DNA from: Candidatus Saccharimonadia bacterium
GTDB taxonomy: Bacteria > Patescibacteriota > Saccharimonadia > Saccharimonadales > UBA4665
Assembly (NCBI GenBank): GCA_035479335.1
Contig: DATIIU010000002.1
Location: forward strand, 37,716-101,715
Length of the DNA stretch: 64,000 bases
Reading direction: 5' to 3'
The notes under the pieces were generated by a model. It saw nothing but the letters and a program-made list of their open reading frames with translations. It was not told where the DNA came from and searched no databases. Below, piece after piece: positions 35,397 through 44,230 of this stretch. Position numbers and translations under genes: made by a program. The first letter of the stretch is position 1. Every line of letters starts with the position of its first letter.

Positions 35397-35784
35397 GGGG
35401 CTGAATTTTAAGCTCGACGTTGGTACGTTACGGTTAGATCAGCAGGTCGCTTGCTAAGCGTTATATGGCACAATTTTTAAATGCAAAAACTGCATTCTTG
35501 GACAAGTTCAAGAGCTTGAAGAACTTCAACGCTCAGTTGGCTTTCCAAACAGCCTAATTATTTATTAGGCAACGCCTTTCGCGACGTCAGATAGCGAAAT
35601 ACGCGTTCTATATTTCTGAACGCTCGGATGGGCCTATCTAACCCAACCGCTAAGATTAGGATTGCTCGCATGCAATGTTTGTCGATTTCGATACGCATGC
35701 GCTAAGACGGCAAAACCGACTAAGCCTGTAGACGACTAACTTATACGCCGACGGACCCGGGGGCAGTACCCGGCAGCTCCACCA
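35397..35784 (+). ncRNA. ssrA: tmRNA (ssrA)
   Basis: The 5' GGGGCTGAATTTTAAGCTCGACG and 3' GGACCCGGGGGCAGTACCCGGCAGCTCCACCA form the tRNA-like domain. The tag frame runs from GCA 35483 to TAA 35555-35557 and encodes AKTAFLDKFKSLKNFNAQLAFQTA. The stop lies in the GCCTAAT/ATTAGGC helix. An extended -10 TGGTATAAT sits at 35350-35358. Confidence 0.9.
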
Positions 35785-35796
35785 AGCATAAGGATT

Positions 35797-35827
35797 ATGA
35801 CCTCCATAAAATGAGGTCATTTTTGTT
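35797..35827 (+). terminator. intrinsic terminator of ssrA
   Basis: ATGACCTC-cataaaat-GAGGTCAT followed by TTTTGTTT. Confidence 0.7.
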
Positions 35828-35864
35828 TGCAAAAACGTACAGACAACGTATGCTGTTGTTAATT

Positions 35865-36683
35865 ATGGATAACCGACAAGCTCAAGCCGTCGAACGATTG
35901 AGAAATGCAAAATCCCAAGGGCTTAGCTACTACGATGCAACTCAAAGCCTAGCCAAGCAAGGTTTTACACAAGAGGAGATTAAGCAAGCATCCTACCGAT
36001 TCCCATATAATGAAGCCGCTCAAACGGCAGATAGCACCAGCTCCTCGGCTACTGCTGATCAAGTTTTTGCTGAAGCTGTCGTCCATGAGGAAGCGATTGA
36101 TAATGCTAGACAAGAACTTCATAAGGATGTTGCTAAGGGGTTGCTCGGTGGCAGGAGTATATTTGGCGGGTATTACCAGAATAAGGCTATTGGCGATTAC
36201 ACTGCATTGAAAGATTTAGAGCAAGGCAAATCGCTAGATAGTCCTAATGACGTTACACAGAATGCGAACAGCGGTAACCGTGTCTTCCAACGAAACCGTG
36301 CGATTAGAATATATGCTTTTCTATCGTTGATACCATTACTGTTCTTGACGCCTTACTTCATACTCATGTTCCCAAATCTATCACGCGTCGTTGATTATCT
36401 ATTTCACCACCATACCGCTACTGCATTTGCTAGTGTTGGCATGTATTTGTGGTCGGCCGGTGGCTACATTGCATACATAAGTATTGCGTTAGTTCTGTTC
36501 TTTGCACATAAAGAGTCAACTATCATACGAACAATCTACGCGGTTATCGGAGCCGACCTTGCCTTATTCGTTTTATTCGCAATCCTCTTTAAGTCGCCAG
36601 TGTTCCTTGGTTTTGGCGTGATCAGCGTGTTACCAGCCCTTTGGATTAGTAGGCGAGTTGGCCTATTGATGCAGCTAAGCTAG
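35865..36683 (+). CDS. hypothetical membrane protein
   Basis: The soluble N-terminal half is followed by about 4 TM helices. The track start at 35811 lies inside the ssrA terminator, so ATG 35865 (or 35850) is preferred. Confidence 0.55.
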   Translation: MDNRQAQAVERLRNAKSQGLSYYDATQSLAKQGFTQEEIKQASYRFPYNEAAQTADSTSSSATADQVFAEAVVHEEAIDNARQELHKDVAKGLLGGRSIFGGYYQNKAIGDYTALKDLEQGKSLDSPNDVTQNANSGNRVFQRNRAIRIYAFLSLIPLLFLTPYFILMFPNLSRVVDYLFHHHTATAFASVGMYLWSAGGYIAYISIALVLFFAHKESTIIRTIYAVIGADLALFVLFAILFKSPVFLGFGVISVLPALWISRRVGLLMQLS

Positions 36684-36834
36684 AGCGCCCCTAGGCCTTA
36701 TATGCCAGTCTGTTACGCTCATTCTCTTGCTTGTACTCTTATGTAATAAGACTATATAACTTTTAATTGTATTGTGAGACGCAATGAGATAAAGGATATT
36801 GCTTGATGGAATTGGTATAAATCTTTGAATCGTC

Positions 36835-36913
36835 GGGTGGTGTGTTGCGCTAGCTGGGGGCTGTGGGTGTCCTTGTGGACAACCATAACCCTCGCTCGCG
36901 CGACACACCACCC
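36835..36913 (-). terminator. GC-rich nested inverted repeat 3' of the island E ORF
   Basis: 16-bp stem GGGTGGTGTGTTGCGC (36835-36850) / GCGCGACACACCACCC (36898-36913), one G-T pair. Inner hairpin GTCC-ttgt-GGAC. It lies 8 nt after the stop codon. Confidence 0.45.
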
Positions 36914-36920
36914 TGACGGC

Positions 36921-37655
36921 TCAGACCTGCAGGTCGTTCTTCCCACCGATGTTCATGGACGTCACCTTCAGGTCGGGCAGCTGGTCAGTCACCATGCTGA
37001 GGAGGTTCTGGACCGTCGGGTCCGACAGCCAGACGCCGGAGGACACCTCGATCAGGTACGACGTGTCACCGGTGGTGTACACGAAGAGCAGGTCGAAGGC
37101 GGTCGGCTTGTTGTTGCGGTCGTTCCAGATGGTCTCGACCTGCTGGTCGAAGATCTTGCCGCTGGCGGCGTGGAACTTCCACGTGCTCGCGATGCCGTCC
37201 GGCCAGAGGCTGGCGACGACGGGGCCGCGGAGGTGGAACGTGAAGCCGTCCGAGATGGTCTGGCGCGAGCCGTAGCCCATGATGGTGAAGCTCGCCAGAG
37301 CGTCCGTGGAGATCCCTCCCGACGGGGTCGTGGTCACCATGGCGTACTGGCAGTTGTCCTCGTAGTCGCCGGTCTTGGTCGGGTCGTTGCCGGACGGGAG
37401 CAGATCGGCCATGTTGACGGCGAGGTCAGGCGCGATGTTGTTCACCGCTTTCACCGGCAGCAGCGCGCAGGTGTCGATCCTGTGGTCGTTGTTGTAGACG
37501 GACCTCTGGGTCGGCGCGGCGCTGGTGCTGGTCGCGGTCGGCGGGATGGAGGCCTGGCGCTGCTGCGGCTGGCTGGTCTGAACGGCGCCGAAGGCGGCCA
37601 GGCCACCAATGGCGAGCAGTGCGATGATGCTGAGGCGACGGCGGATGTTGCGCAT
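36921..37655 (-). CDS. high-GC secreted protein, possibly DUF3558-like (island E)
   Basis: 244 aa. Signal peptide MRNIRRRLSIIALLAIGGLAAFGA. IDTCALLPVKAVNNIA and a second conserved Cys resemble actinobacterial DUF3558 proteins (from memory). Hand count for 37381-37440 is 40/60 GC. Confidence 0.6.
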   Translation of the reverse strand: MRNIRRRLSIIALLAIGGLAAFGAVQTSQPQQRQASIPPTATSTSAAPTQRSVYNNDHRIDTCALLPVKAVNNIAPDLAVNMADLLPSGNDPTKTGDYEDNCQYAMVTTTPSGGISTDALASFTIMGYGSRQTISDGFTFHLRGPVVASLWPDGIASTWKFHAASGKIFDQQVETIWNDRNNKPTAFDLLFVYTTGDTSYLIEVSSGVWLSDPTVQNLLSMVTDQLPDLKVTSMNIGGKNDLQV

Positions 37656-37844
37656 CTTGCGGGGCTCCCTGGGTAGGTGTGGTGGAATGTGCAGGACTGA
37701 ACTGTCTCGTGTAGCCAGTAGGCTAACTTAATTACTATAACACAATTTTATTAAAAGTAAATACCTCCCCCAAAAAACACTTGTAATGGCTAGAAGAAAA
37801 GAATTGTTTTTCATGTAGCCGTTAAGAGCGCCCTTTCATGCTTC

Positions 37845-38798
37845 TTGTCATATAGCATAAGCGATATACTAAAGAAGATGGAATGGTGGCGAGCGAACTG
37901 GTCCGCCAAGTGGAGGCGGCTTAATCTGCAAACAATGGCTACTGCTGCGGCAGTAGCCCTCATAGCTGCAGCATTAGCCTTTGGCTACTACATCAATAAT
38001 GTTGCAACTTTAGCGGCACCCCCTAAGAGTGTGGCAACTGTCGCACCAGATAAGCAACTACCGCAACCTACGCCTGATCCCGTGGTAGACCCCTTAACTT
38101 CGCTACCTGCTGATGTAAATGCAATTATTACCGCTCAAACAACACTTTCGGCTTCGGCTACAGTTATCAATTTGGACACCGGCAGAGAATATGACGCTGG
38201 CAATTATACCCAGACGTATGAAGCGGCTAGTACCAGCAAGTTAGTGGCGGTTTTTGACTATATACACCAGGTTGAGCTCGGTAAGGCGTCGCTGAGCCAG
38301 ACGATAGAAGGTGACCAGGCGCAGGATATTATTATGCGTATGATTGTGAATAGCGATAATGATGCCTGGGATAAACTGAATCACTATCTGAGGCTAAGCG
38401 GTGAGCAAAAGTATCTAAATAGTATTGGGGTGAATGGCCTCATGACATCCGCCAACATTCAGTTTTCAACTCCGGCTATGGCAAAGCTGCTACAGTTGTT
38501 TTATCAAGGCAAGCTTATGAATGCTGCCCACCAGAGTTTGATTTACGGCTACATGGCACACACTACTATGAATAAACTGATTCCGGCGGCAGTGCCAACG
38601 GGTAGTATGGTGTATCACAAATATGGCGAAATTGATGGTGTGTTGCACGATGCAGCGATTATTCAGTATCAGGGACATAATTTTGTGTTGGTGGTATATA
38701 CCAATAATCCGGCCAACAATATGGGTCAGTATGGCGTGCAGGTAAAGCTGATACATGCAATTACGACTACGGTATGTGCCGATATGGCGAAAGCGTAG
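37845..38798 (+). CDS. class A beta-lactamase-like serine hydrolase
   Basis: SxxK (STSK), SDN (NSDND) and a KTG-like HKYGE motif. N-terminal TM/signal. TTG at 37845; ATG 37878 is an alternative start. Confidence 0.72.
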   Translation: MSYSISDILKKMEWWRANWSAKWRRLNLQTMATAAAVALIAAALAFGYYINNVATLAAPPKSVATVAPDKQLPQPTPDPVVDPLTSLPADVNAIITAQTTLSASATVINLDTGREYDAGNYTQTYEAASTSKLVAVFDYIHQVELGKASLSQTIEGDQAQDIIMRMIVNSDNDAWDKLNHYLRLSGEQKYLNSIGVNGLMTSANIQFSTPAMAKLLQLFYQGKLMNAAHQSLIYGYMAHTTMNKLIPAAVPTGSMVYHKYGEIDGVLHDAAIIQYQGHNFVLVVYTNNPANNMGQYGVQVKLIHAITTTVCADMAKA

Positions 38799-38816
38799 CT
38801 TGCTATACTACACTAT

Positions 38817-39389
38817 ATGCAAAATAGGCCGCTAGTTTTTGTTGATGTTGAAACCACTGGTGGTATGGCTTGGAGCAGCCGCATTTTAGAAATTGGTGCG
38901 CTGCGTGTAGAAAGGGGCAAAGTGGTAGCGCATATGAACCAAGTACTGGACCCCGAAGAGTCGGTGCCAAGTTGGATCACTAATCTAACTGGTATTGAGC
39001 CGCACGAAACGCTTGGTCAGCCGGTCTTTGCAGCCGTACTACCGGAGCTAACCCGGTTATTTGATGGTGCTTTGTTTGTGGCGCATAACGTAAATTTTGA
39101 TTATAGTTTTTTCCGCGAAGAATATCGTCGCACTGGGCAGATATTTGCAATGGATAAATTATGCACGGTGCGGCTCAGTCGCAAGTTGTATCCAAGTGAG
39201 CGAAGTCATCGGTTGGACGAAGTGATACGGCGTGGTGGCTACCAAGTCGCCAATCGTCATCGTGCATATGACGACGCTGAAGTGCTTTATAAATTTTGGC
39301 ATGATGCCTTAGAGCGACTTGGGAGTGGGCTGTTTTATCCAATTGCAAACAAGCTGCTAGAGACCAGCCAACAAAAAAAGGTAATTTAG
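38817..39389 (+). CDS. DEDDh 3'-5' exonuclease (DNA polymerase III epsilon-like)
   Basis: Exo I VFVDVETTG, Exo II FVAHNVNFDYSF, Exo III HRAYDDAEV. Confidence 0.85.
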   Translation: MQNRPLVFVDVETTGGMAWSSRILEIGALRVERGKVVAHMNQVLDPEESVPSWITNLTGIEPHETLGQPVFAAVLPELTRLFDGALFVAHNVNFDYSFFREEYRRTGQIFAMDKLCTVRLSRKLYPSERSHRLDEVIRRGGYQVANRHRAYDDAEVLYKFWHDALERLGSGLFYPIANKLLETSQQKKVI

Positions 39390-39455
39390 TAAAAACGCTT
39401 ATAGCGAAACTGCAGGTTTTGGTGGCATAGTACATTTTGTAAGGAGGACCTTGCA

Positions 39456-39818
39456 ATGATTTACCGTGATCTTATCCGACGTATAAAAGACGCTGCCGGT
39501 GCTAGTTACGATTCGGCCCAGGATGCCTTGGAGCTAGTGGTTGAAAAAGTGGCAGTACACCTTAGCGATCAGACCCGCCGCGAATTTGCTGCAGGACTAC
39601 CAAAAGAACTGCAGAGTGCTGCTCGTATGGTGCCAACAGTGCATCATTTGGACGAAGATATCGTGGAGCAACTAATGGATTTGGAAGATATTGACGAAAC
39701 GGGCGCCCGGGCCCGTATAAAAGCGGCTTGGCAGGCCGTGTGCGATATGTTTGACCACCGTGAAGTAGACGAAATAACTGCCGAGTTACCGCACCAAATT
39801 GTTGCAGCATTGGAGTAA
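39456..39818 (+). CDS. DUF2267-like protein
   Basis: 120 aa. AGGAGG upstream. The helical pattern ...AQDALELVVEKVAVHLSDQTRREFAAGLPKEL resembles DUF2267 (from memory). Confidence 0.55.
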   Translation: MIYRDLIRRIKDAAGASYDSAQDALELVVEKVAVHLSDQTRREFAAGLPKELQSAARMVPTVHHLDEDIVEQLMDLEDIDETGARARIKAAWQAVCDMFDHREVDEITAELPHQIVAALE

Positions 39819-39851
39819 AATAAAAGTACCAGATAAGGAGGGTCAGCAACA

Positions 39852-40025
39852 ATGTCCATGGCAGAACGCAACCGTCACTTAACACACAAAGGGGGAAGTA
39901 AGGCGCATAGTGCGGCGCACAAATACGATACCCATAAAATGACTACCGTAGTCAACCATGTCCACTTTGAGCGGCACCACGGGTTCGAGAGCACAAAGCA
40001 CCCAGAGAAGAAGACGACAGTATAA
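39852..40025 (+). CDS. small basic His-rich protein (57 aa), below the ORF-track cutoff
   Basis: AAGGAGG lies 9 nt upstream of ATG 39852. Translation is MSMAERNRHLTHKGGSKAHSAAHKYDTHKMTTVVNHVHFERHHGFESTKHPEKKTTV. Confidence 0.5.
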   Translation: MSMAERNRHLTHKGGSKAHSAAHKYDTHKMTTVVNHVHFERHHGFESTKHPEKKTTV

Positions 40026-40200
40026 TTTCCCCGTCAAGGTAGGTTCTTATAAAATGGCTTTTAGAGAAGATCTAGAAGGATAAGAAAACCCACAAACAGC
40101 AACATACAACAAACAAAACACAAAAGTGCACCCGGTGGGCATCACTCGTCATTGACCGACGAGATACTTCCGGCCTGGCTCATCACATGAGTTATGAGCG

Positions 40201-40659
40201 TCAGCTCTCGTCGTCAGTGGTGACGGCAGGGAGCGTGATCTCCGCACTGCTCGTGATCTCGATCCACTCGGTGGTCTTCGCGAGCTGAGCGTGAGCCACC
40301 GGGAACCGGGCCGCGAAGACCTCGGCGTTCAGGTAGGTCAGGAGCTCACCCGTGCCGAGTCCGCCGCGCCCGGAGATGGTGCGGTTGTAGACGAAGACGT
40401 GCCCGTCGGCCTCGCCTATGGTGTCGAAGAGCTCGTGGATGTGCTGGAGCTCCTCGTAGCAAGGGAGGCAGATGGCCGAGGTGGTGCCGTCGTTCATCGG
40501 GAGGACCGCCCTGCCGTCGATCTCGTGCTCCATGAGCTCGCCCCAGGCGTTGGCAGCCCTCTGGCTGTTGAAGACCAAGGCCAGGTCGCCGGTCTCGATG
40601 AAGCCCGGGCCCTTGTGGGTGAGTGCGACGTGGCAGTGGAACGGGTGCCCGGTAGACAT
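40201..40659 (-). CDS. high-GC hypothetical protein (island F)
   Basis: ATG 40659 is preceded by AAAGGAA (translation starts MSTGHPFHCHV...). GC3-rich codons. A terminator-like GCCCACCGGGTGC plus T-rich run lies at 40126-40145 on the minus strand. Confidence 0.5.
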   Translation of the reverse strand: MSTGHPFHCHVALTHKGPGFIETGDLALVFNSQRAANAWGELMEHEIDGRAVLPMNDGTTSAICLPCYEELQHIHELFDTIGEADGHVFVYNRTISGRGGLGTGELLTYLNAEVFAARFPVAHAQLAKTTEWIEITSSAEITLPAVTTDDES

Positions 40660-41130
40660 GGTGTGGTTCCTTTCGGTTTGCACGGAGTCTCTTCTGTCAC
40701 TCAACTCTCACAAGGGAGGTGTCGGGCTGTGTCTTGAAATTGCATGGTAAGACACCAACAAGAAGAGTAAGAGGCTACTACGTTGTCCGTAATTTTCTCA
40801 TACCCTTCTTGGTAGCTAGTAGTGTAGGCGGTATTGTATCAGTCTACGCTATACCATATGTTGCTGTTTGTGAAGGTACGGTTGGAGTGTTGGAGCATGG
40901 AGCCCCTTCCTCGACAACGCTAAATGAAAGCAGGTGCTCTCACCGTGATTATTATATAATAATTTATAATCTAGAGCAAGAATCATGAATGTGGCTAGTA
41001 TGCAAAAAATGGATATGGCGCGTCTGCTAGATGAGCTTAAACATGTAATCTTGACACGACTTTTAGACTGCATCAAGATGGATGGATGGGTTGAGCGACT
41101 GCTCCCCATGTAAGTCTCAGTGCACGACTA

Positions 41131-41182
41131 ATTAGGCCTGGGAATCTGTTCACCACTTGGCTAATAGATTCCCAGGCCTAAT
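41131..41182. repeat. 17-bp perfect inverted repeat with 18-nt loop at the left edge of island G
   Basis: ATTAGGCCTGGGAATCT (41131-41147) ... AGATTCCCAGGCCTAAT (41166-41182). Confidence 0.85.
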
Positions 41183-41249
41183 ATGGTTTTGAGAAACTGC
41201 CACCAAATGGAGGCGGTACCTAGTAGCTCCTGGGAGAAAAGGTCTGTCC

Positions 41250-41651
41250 ATGAGAAAGCTCATGGCGGTTCTGGCGGTGAGCGCAGTTATGGCTGTGCTT
41301 GGCGGCTGCGCAAAGTCGGGCTCGAGTGCTCCTCCGCCCTCGATTCCGTACTCCATCGAGAGTAGCGCTCCGTCATCCACTGCGGCGCAGTCAAGCTCCG
41401 CACCCGTACCCGCGTCCACGCCGACAACCTTCGATGCTGCCACGATCGCGCAGCTAGGAGATGAGGCCGCATTCGTCAAGCAGCTCAATGACCAGGCGTT
41501 TGCGAACCGGCAGCCGCTGAGTGGGAAGGACGCCACAAGGTGCGAGGCACAAGCGTATAAGTACAACGACACTGTGAAGCGCCTTCACCTGACAGCCGAC
41601 CAGCTCGGGGGGCAACTGTTGCCGCCCAGTCTCGCTTGCGAGACGAAGTGA
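41250..41651 (+). CDS. high-GC lipoprotein (island G)
   Basis: Lipobox AVLGGC after MRKLMAVLAVSAVM. Ser/Pro/Ala-rich linker. Hand count for 41281-41340 is 40/60 GC. Confidence 0.65.
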   Translation: MRKLMAVLAVSAVMAVLGGCAKSGSSAPPPSIPYSIESSAPSSTAAQSSSAPVPASTPTTFDAATIAQLGDEAAFVKQLNDQAFANRQPLSGKDATRCEAQAYKYNDTVKRLHLTADQLGGQLLPPSLACETK

Positions 41652-41749
41652 GCTAGTCTGCTCTAGCCCAGATAAGCTGTAGGTAAGCGAGGTCATGCGC
41701 GATAAGGCTACATCGCGCCCACTAGTGACGCGTACATGTGACCTGGCGT

Positions 41750-41810
41750 GGGGACGAGAAGACAAAGAACTCCGGGCAAGCCAGCCTGTTGAGATCCTCT
41801 TCTCGTCCTC
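41750..41810 (+). terminator. GC-rich long-range inverted repeat 3' of the island G ORF
   Basis: GGGGACGAGAAGA (41750-41762) / TCTTCTCGTCCTC (41798-41810), 13 bp with one G-T pair. Confidence 0.4.
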
Positions 41811-42022
41811 ACGTTTGCACTACCTTTATCCAATGTTCAGAACTAAGGAACGCAAGCTCTTGCAGCTACTTTGATGTATTACTGCCTACGCCCCACTATT
41901 TGATAGTAATGTTTCGTGAAGACAAAACATCGTCGGTATAAATGACGATGTCGTTTGGATTGCTACCTTCGTCGGACTACTTGACTCTTCCTGTGTCGGT
42001 CAGAGTACGAATAGCGCGGCGA

Positions 42023-42099
42023 TGGTGGAGCTACAGGGACTCAAACCCTGGACCTCTTCCATGCCATGGAAGCGCTCTAATCAACTGAGCTACAGCCCC
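42023..42099 (-). tRNA. tRNA-Ala(GGC): tRNA-Ala (anticodon GGC), CCA encoded
   Basis: The reverse complement GGGGCTGTAGCTCAGTTGATTAGAGCGCTTCCATGGCATGGAAGAGGTCCAGGGTTTGAGTCCCTGTAGCTCCACCA folds as a cloverleaf. The G3-U70 identity pair is present. Confidence 0.92.
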
Positions 42100-42142
42100 A
42101 TATTTTTAACAGAGAGATTGTAGCGTACTTTGCGGAAAAATT

Positions 42143-42589
42143 CTAGTGGTCGTTGCCGTGATGTCCGTGGCCAATCCCGAAGCGGACCATCAAAAATCTA
42201 TTGACGGGCACGGTAATAATAAAGGCAACGGCCAAAGATAACGCCATGCTCCACCAAAATAACCAGCTAATAACTACGGCGTTCATCGCACCAGGGATGA
42301 GCCACTCCAGCGTATTATCAATGATTTCCATAGAGATGATCGATACAGTGTCAGTGCGTAGTGCGGTGTCCCGTGCGCCAGTGGCGCTAAGGCCCATACG
42401 TCGGGCGCCGCGAAAAGTTAAGCCGTAGCCAAACAAAAATGCTAGAAATACGGCAAGTATAGTTTGGAGTACATTGGGCCAGTTAAAGGCAGTACCGATA
42501 GCCGAGCCGAGTATTTCGCCAGTTCCACAGCCTATCAGGCAGTGAAGTGTGTGTTGGATAGCCTGTTTCGTAACTGTGTCAATGGACAT
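42143..42589 (-). CDS. DUF4396-like small membrane protein
   Basis: 148 aa. HTLHCLIGCGTGEILG motif plus 3-4 TM helices. The family assignment is from memory. Confidence 0.6.
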   Translation of the reverse strand: MSIDTVTKQAIQHTLHCLIGCGTGEILGSAIGTAFNWPNVLQTILAVFLAFLFGYGLTFRGARRMGLSATGARDTALRTDTVSIISMEIIDNTLEWLIPGAMNAVVISWLFWWSMALSLAVAFIITVPVNRFLMVRFGIGHGHHGNDH

Positions 42590-42680
42590 GGTACCAAGTA
42601 TAAACCAATTGATGGATAGTAAAACGCTTGTGGATTGCTGAAGTGTCGCTTATAGTGAACCTATCTAACCACAAACATAA

Positions 42681-44213
42681 ATGGAGCTTAAGACTATGGA
42701 GCCACAGGGTACACCTACGCCTTCCGAAAAACCTAACGAAATGCCCGAGGCTGCTAGTCAACCGGCAGATAGCTCGCTAGTAAACTCTAGTCCAAATGTC
42801 GAGGAGCCAAGCCAACCGGTAGTCGTACCCTCTTCTGCGCAATCAACAACCGAACCAGCGGTTGAGACTCCACAAGCTACCCCACAGGAGCCAGCTAGCC
42901 CAGTACAGTCTGCTAGCCAGCCAGTAGCCGATATGCCACAGCCAACGGTGCAGCCAGTTGTTGGTGGTATGCCGGTTTCTCCAGTATCTAGCCCTAAATC
43001 AAGAAAGCGGTGGTTCTTGCCACTCGTAGCCGTAGTGGCGATTGCGCTTTTAGCAGGTGGTGGGTATGTATTTGCATTTTATTTACCCAATCAGCCTGGC
43101 GCCATATATTCCTCGAGCCTAAAACGTACTGGTGAAGCAGTGGATACACTAGTGAATTACTCTAATACCCAGACCGAGAAACACTATAAGAGTTATGGCC
43201 TAGACGGCAAATTGACCGTCACGGCTGACGGTACTAATTTTGACGCTACACTAAATGGCAGTGCTGACGTCCAGGGAAACGCCACGGGTACATTGAAAGC
43301 GGATGTGATGGGTAGCCACGTTACAGTAGACCTAAGAAGTATTCATGTGGCAGATAGCGCCAGTCCGGACCTATATTTTCGCGCAAGTGGTGTAAAGACG
43401 GCACTTGATGCGGCAGGTGCGAGCAGCTTAGATGGGCTGGATGGACAGTGGCTAAGCGTTGACCATACGCTCCTTAACTCGTATGCAACAAACTACGGCG
43501 GCAAGGCCTCAGTTATCACGGGTAGCATGCCTACGGCCGCGGAATCCCACGACGCGTTTGCTAAGGCACAGACCGTCAATAAGCAGTACTTGTTTACCAC
43601 CGATAAGACCCATGCAGTTCTACAAAATAAAAAATATGTAGGTAAAGAAACTAAAGATGGCCGCAGTGTGTACCACTATACGGTTGGGTACGATAAAGCT
43701 CATCTAAAGGCCTACATTGACGCACTCGGTAGTGCGCTAGATAAAAGTAGCCTTAACGATTGGTCTAAGAAAGTTAATGATAGCAAGAGTTTAAGTGAGA
43801 CGTTAGACATTAGCTCCTTAAAGTCATCCATTGATAGCGCCAAATCCAATTATACTTTTGACGCGTGGGTCGACGCCAAGACCAAGCTTATTCAGTCAAT
43901 ACAATTCAGCGATACAGCCAATCCTGGCTCAACATTTACATTGGCGCAAAACTATGTAAGCGGTACTAACTATCCATTTACCTTTAGCTACCAAGGAAAA
44001 AAGGACGGCACTACAGAATCTACTAGCTTAAAGCTGGCGGTCGACACGGCAACCGATAAAGAAACAGGTGCAATAACGGTGAATTCAGGTAGTGTAAAGC
44101 TAGGTCTTACCTTTACGGTTACTCCGTCAACTAATGGTGTGCAAGTGGCCGCACCAAGTGGCGCCCAGTCAGTGCTAGACTTGCTGTCTGGCCTGGGTTT
44201 GGGTAGTTTTTAG
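42681..44213 (+). CDS. hypothetical membrane-anchored extracellular protein
   Basis: 510 aa. Pro/Gln/Ser-rich N-terminus, a single TM (WFLPLVAVVAIALLAGGGYVFAF), and a large beta-rich ectodomain. Confidence 0.6.
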   Translation: MELKTMEPQGTPTPSEKPNEMPEAASQPADSSLVNSSPNVEEPSQPVVVPSSAQSTTEPAVETPQATPQEPASPVQSASQPVADMPQPTVQPVVGGMPVSPVSSPKSRKRWFLPLVAVVAIALLAGGGYVFAFYLPNQPGAIYSSSLKRTGEAVDTLVNYSNTQTEKHYKSYGLDGKLTVTADGTNFDATLNGSADVQGNATGTLKADVMGSHVTVDLRSIHVADSASPDLYFRASGVKTALDAAGASSLDGLDGQWLSVDHTLLNSYATNYGGKASVITGSMPTAAESHDAFAKAQTVNKQYLFTTDKTHAVLQNKKYVGKETKDGRSVYHYTVGYDKAHLKAYIDALGSALDKSSLNDWSKKVNDSKSLSETLDISSLKSSIDSAKSNYTFDAWVDAKTKLIQSIQFSDTANPGSTFTLAQNYVSGTNYPFTFSYQGKKDGTTESTSLKLAVDTATDKETGAITVNSGSVKLGLTFTVTPSTNGVQVAAPSGAQSVLDLLSGLGLGSF

Positions 44214-44230
44214 ATCGTTGTTCTGGGTGA

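Noticed and set aside
40719-41113. ORFs 40719..40988 (+), 40849..41109 (-) and a 42-codon ORF 40985..41113 (+) in the AT-rich gap between islands F and G.
   Set aside because: They overlap one another, lack convincing RBSs and have odd composition. The region probably holds the non-coding promoter and leader of island F.
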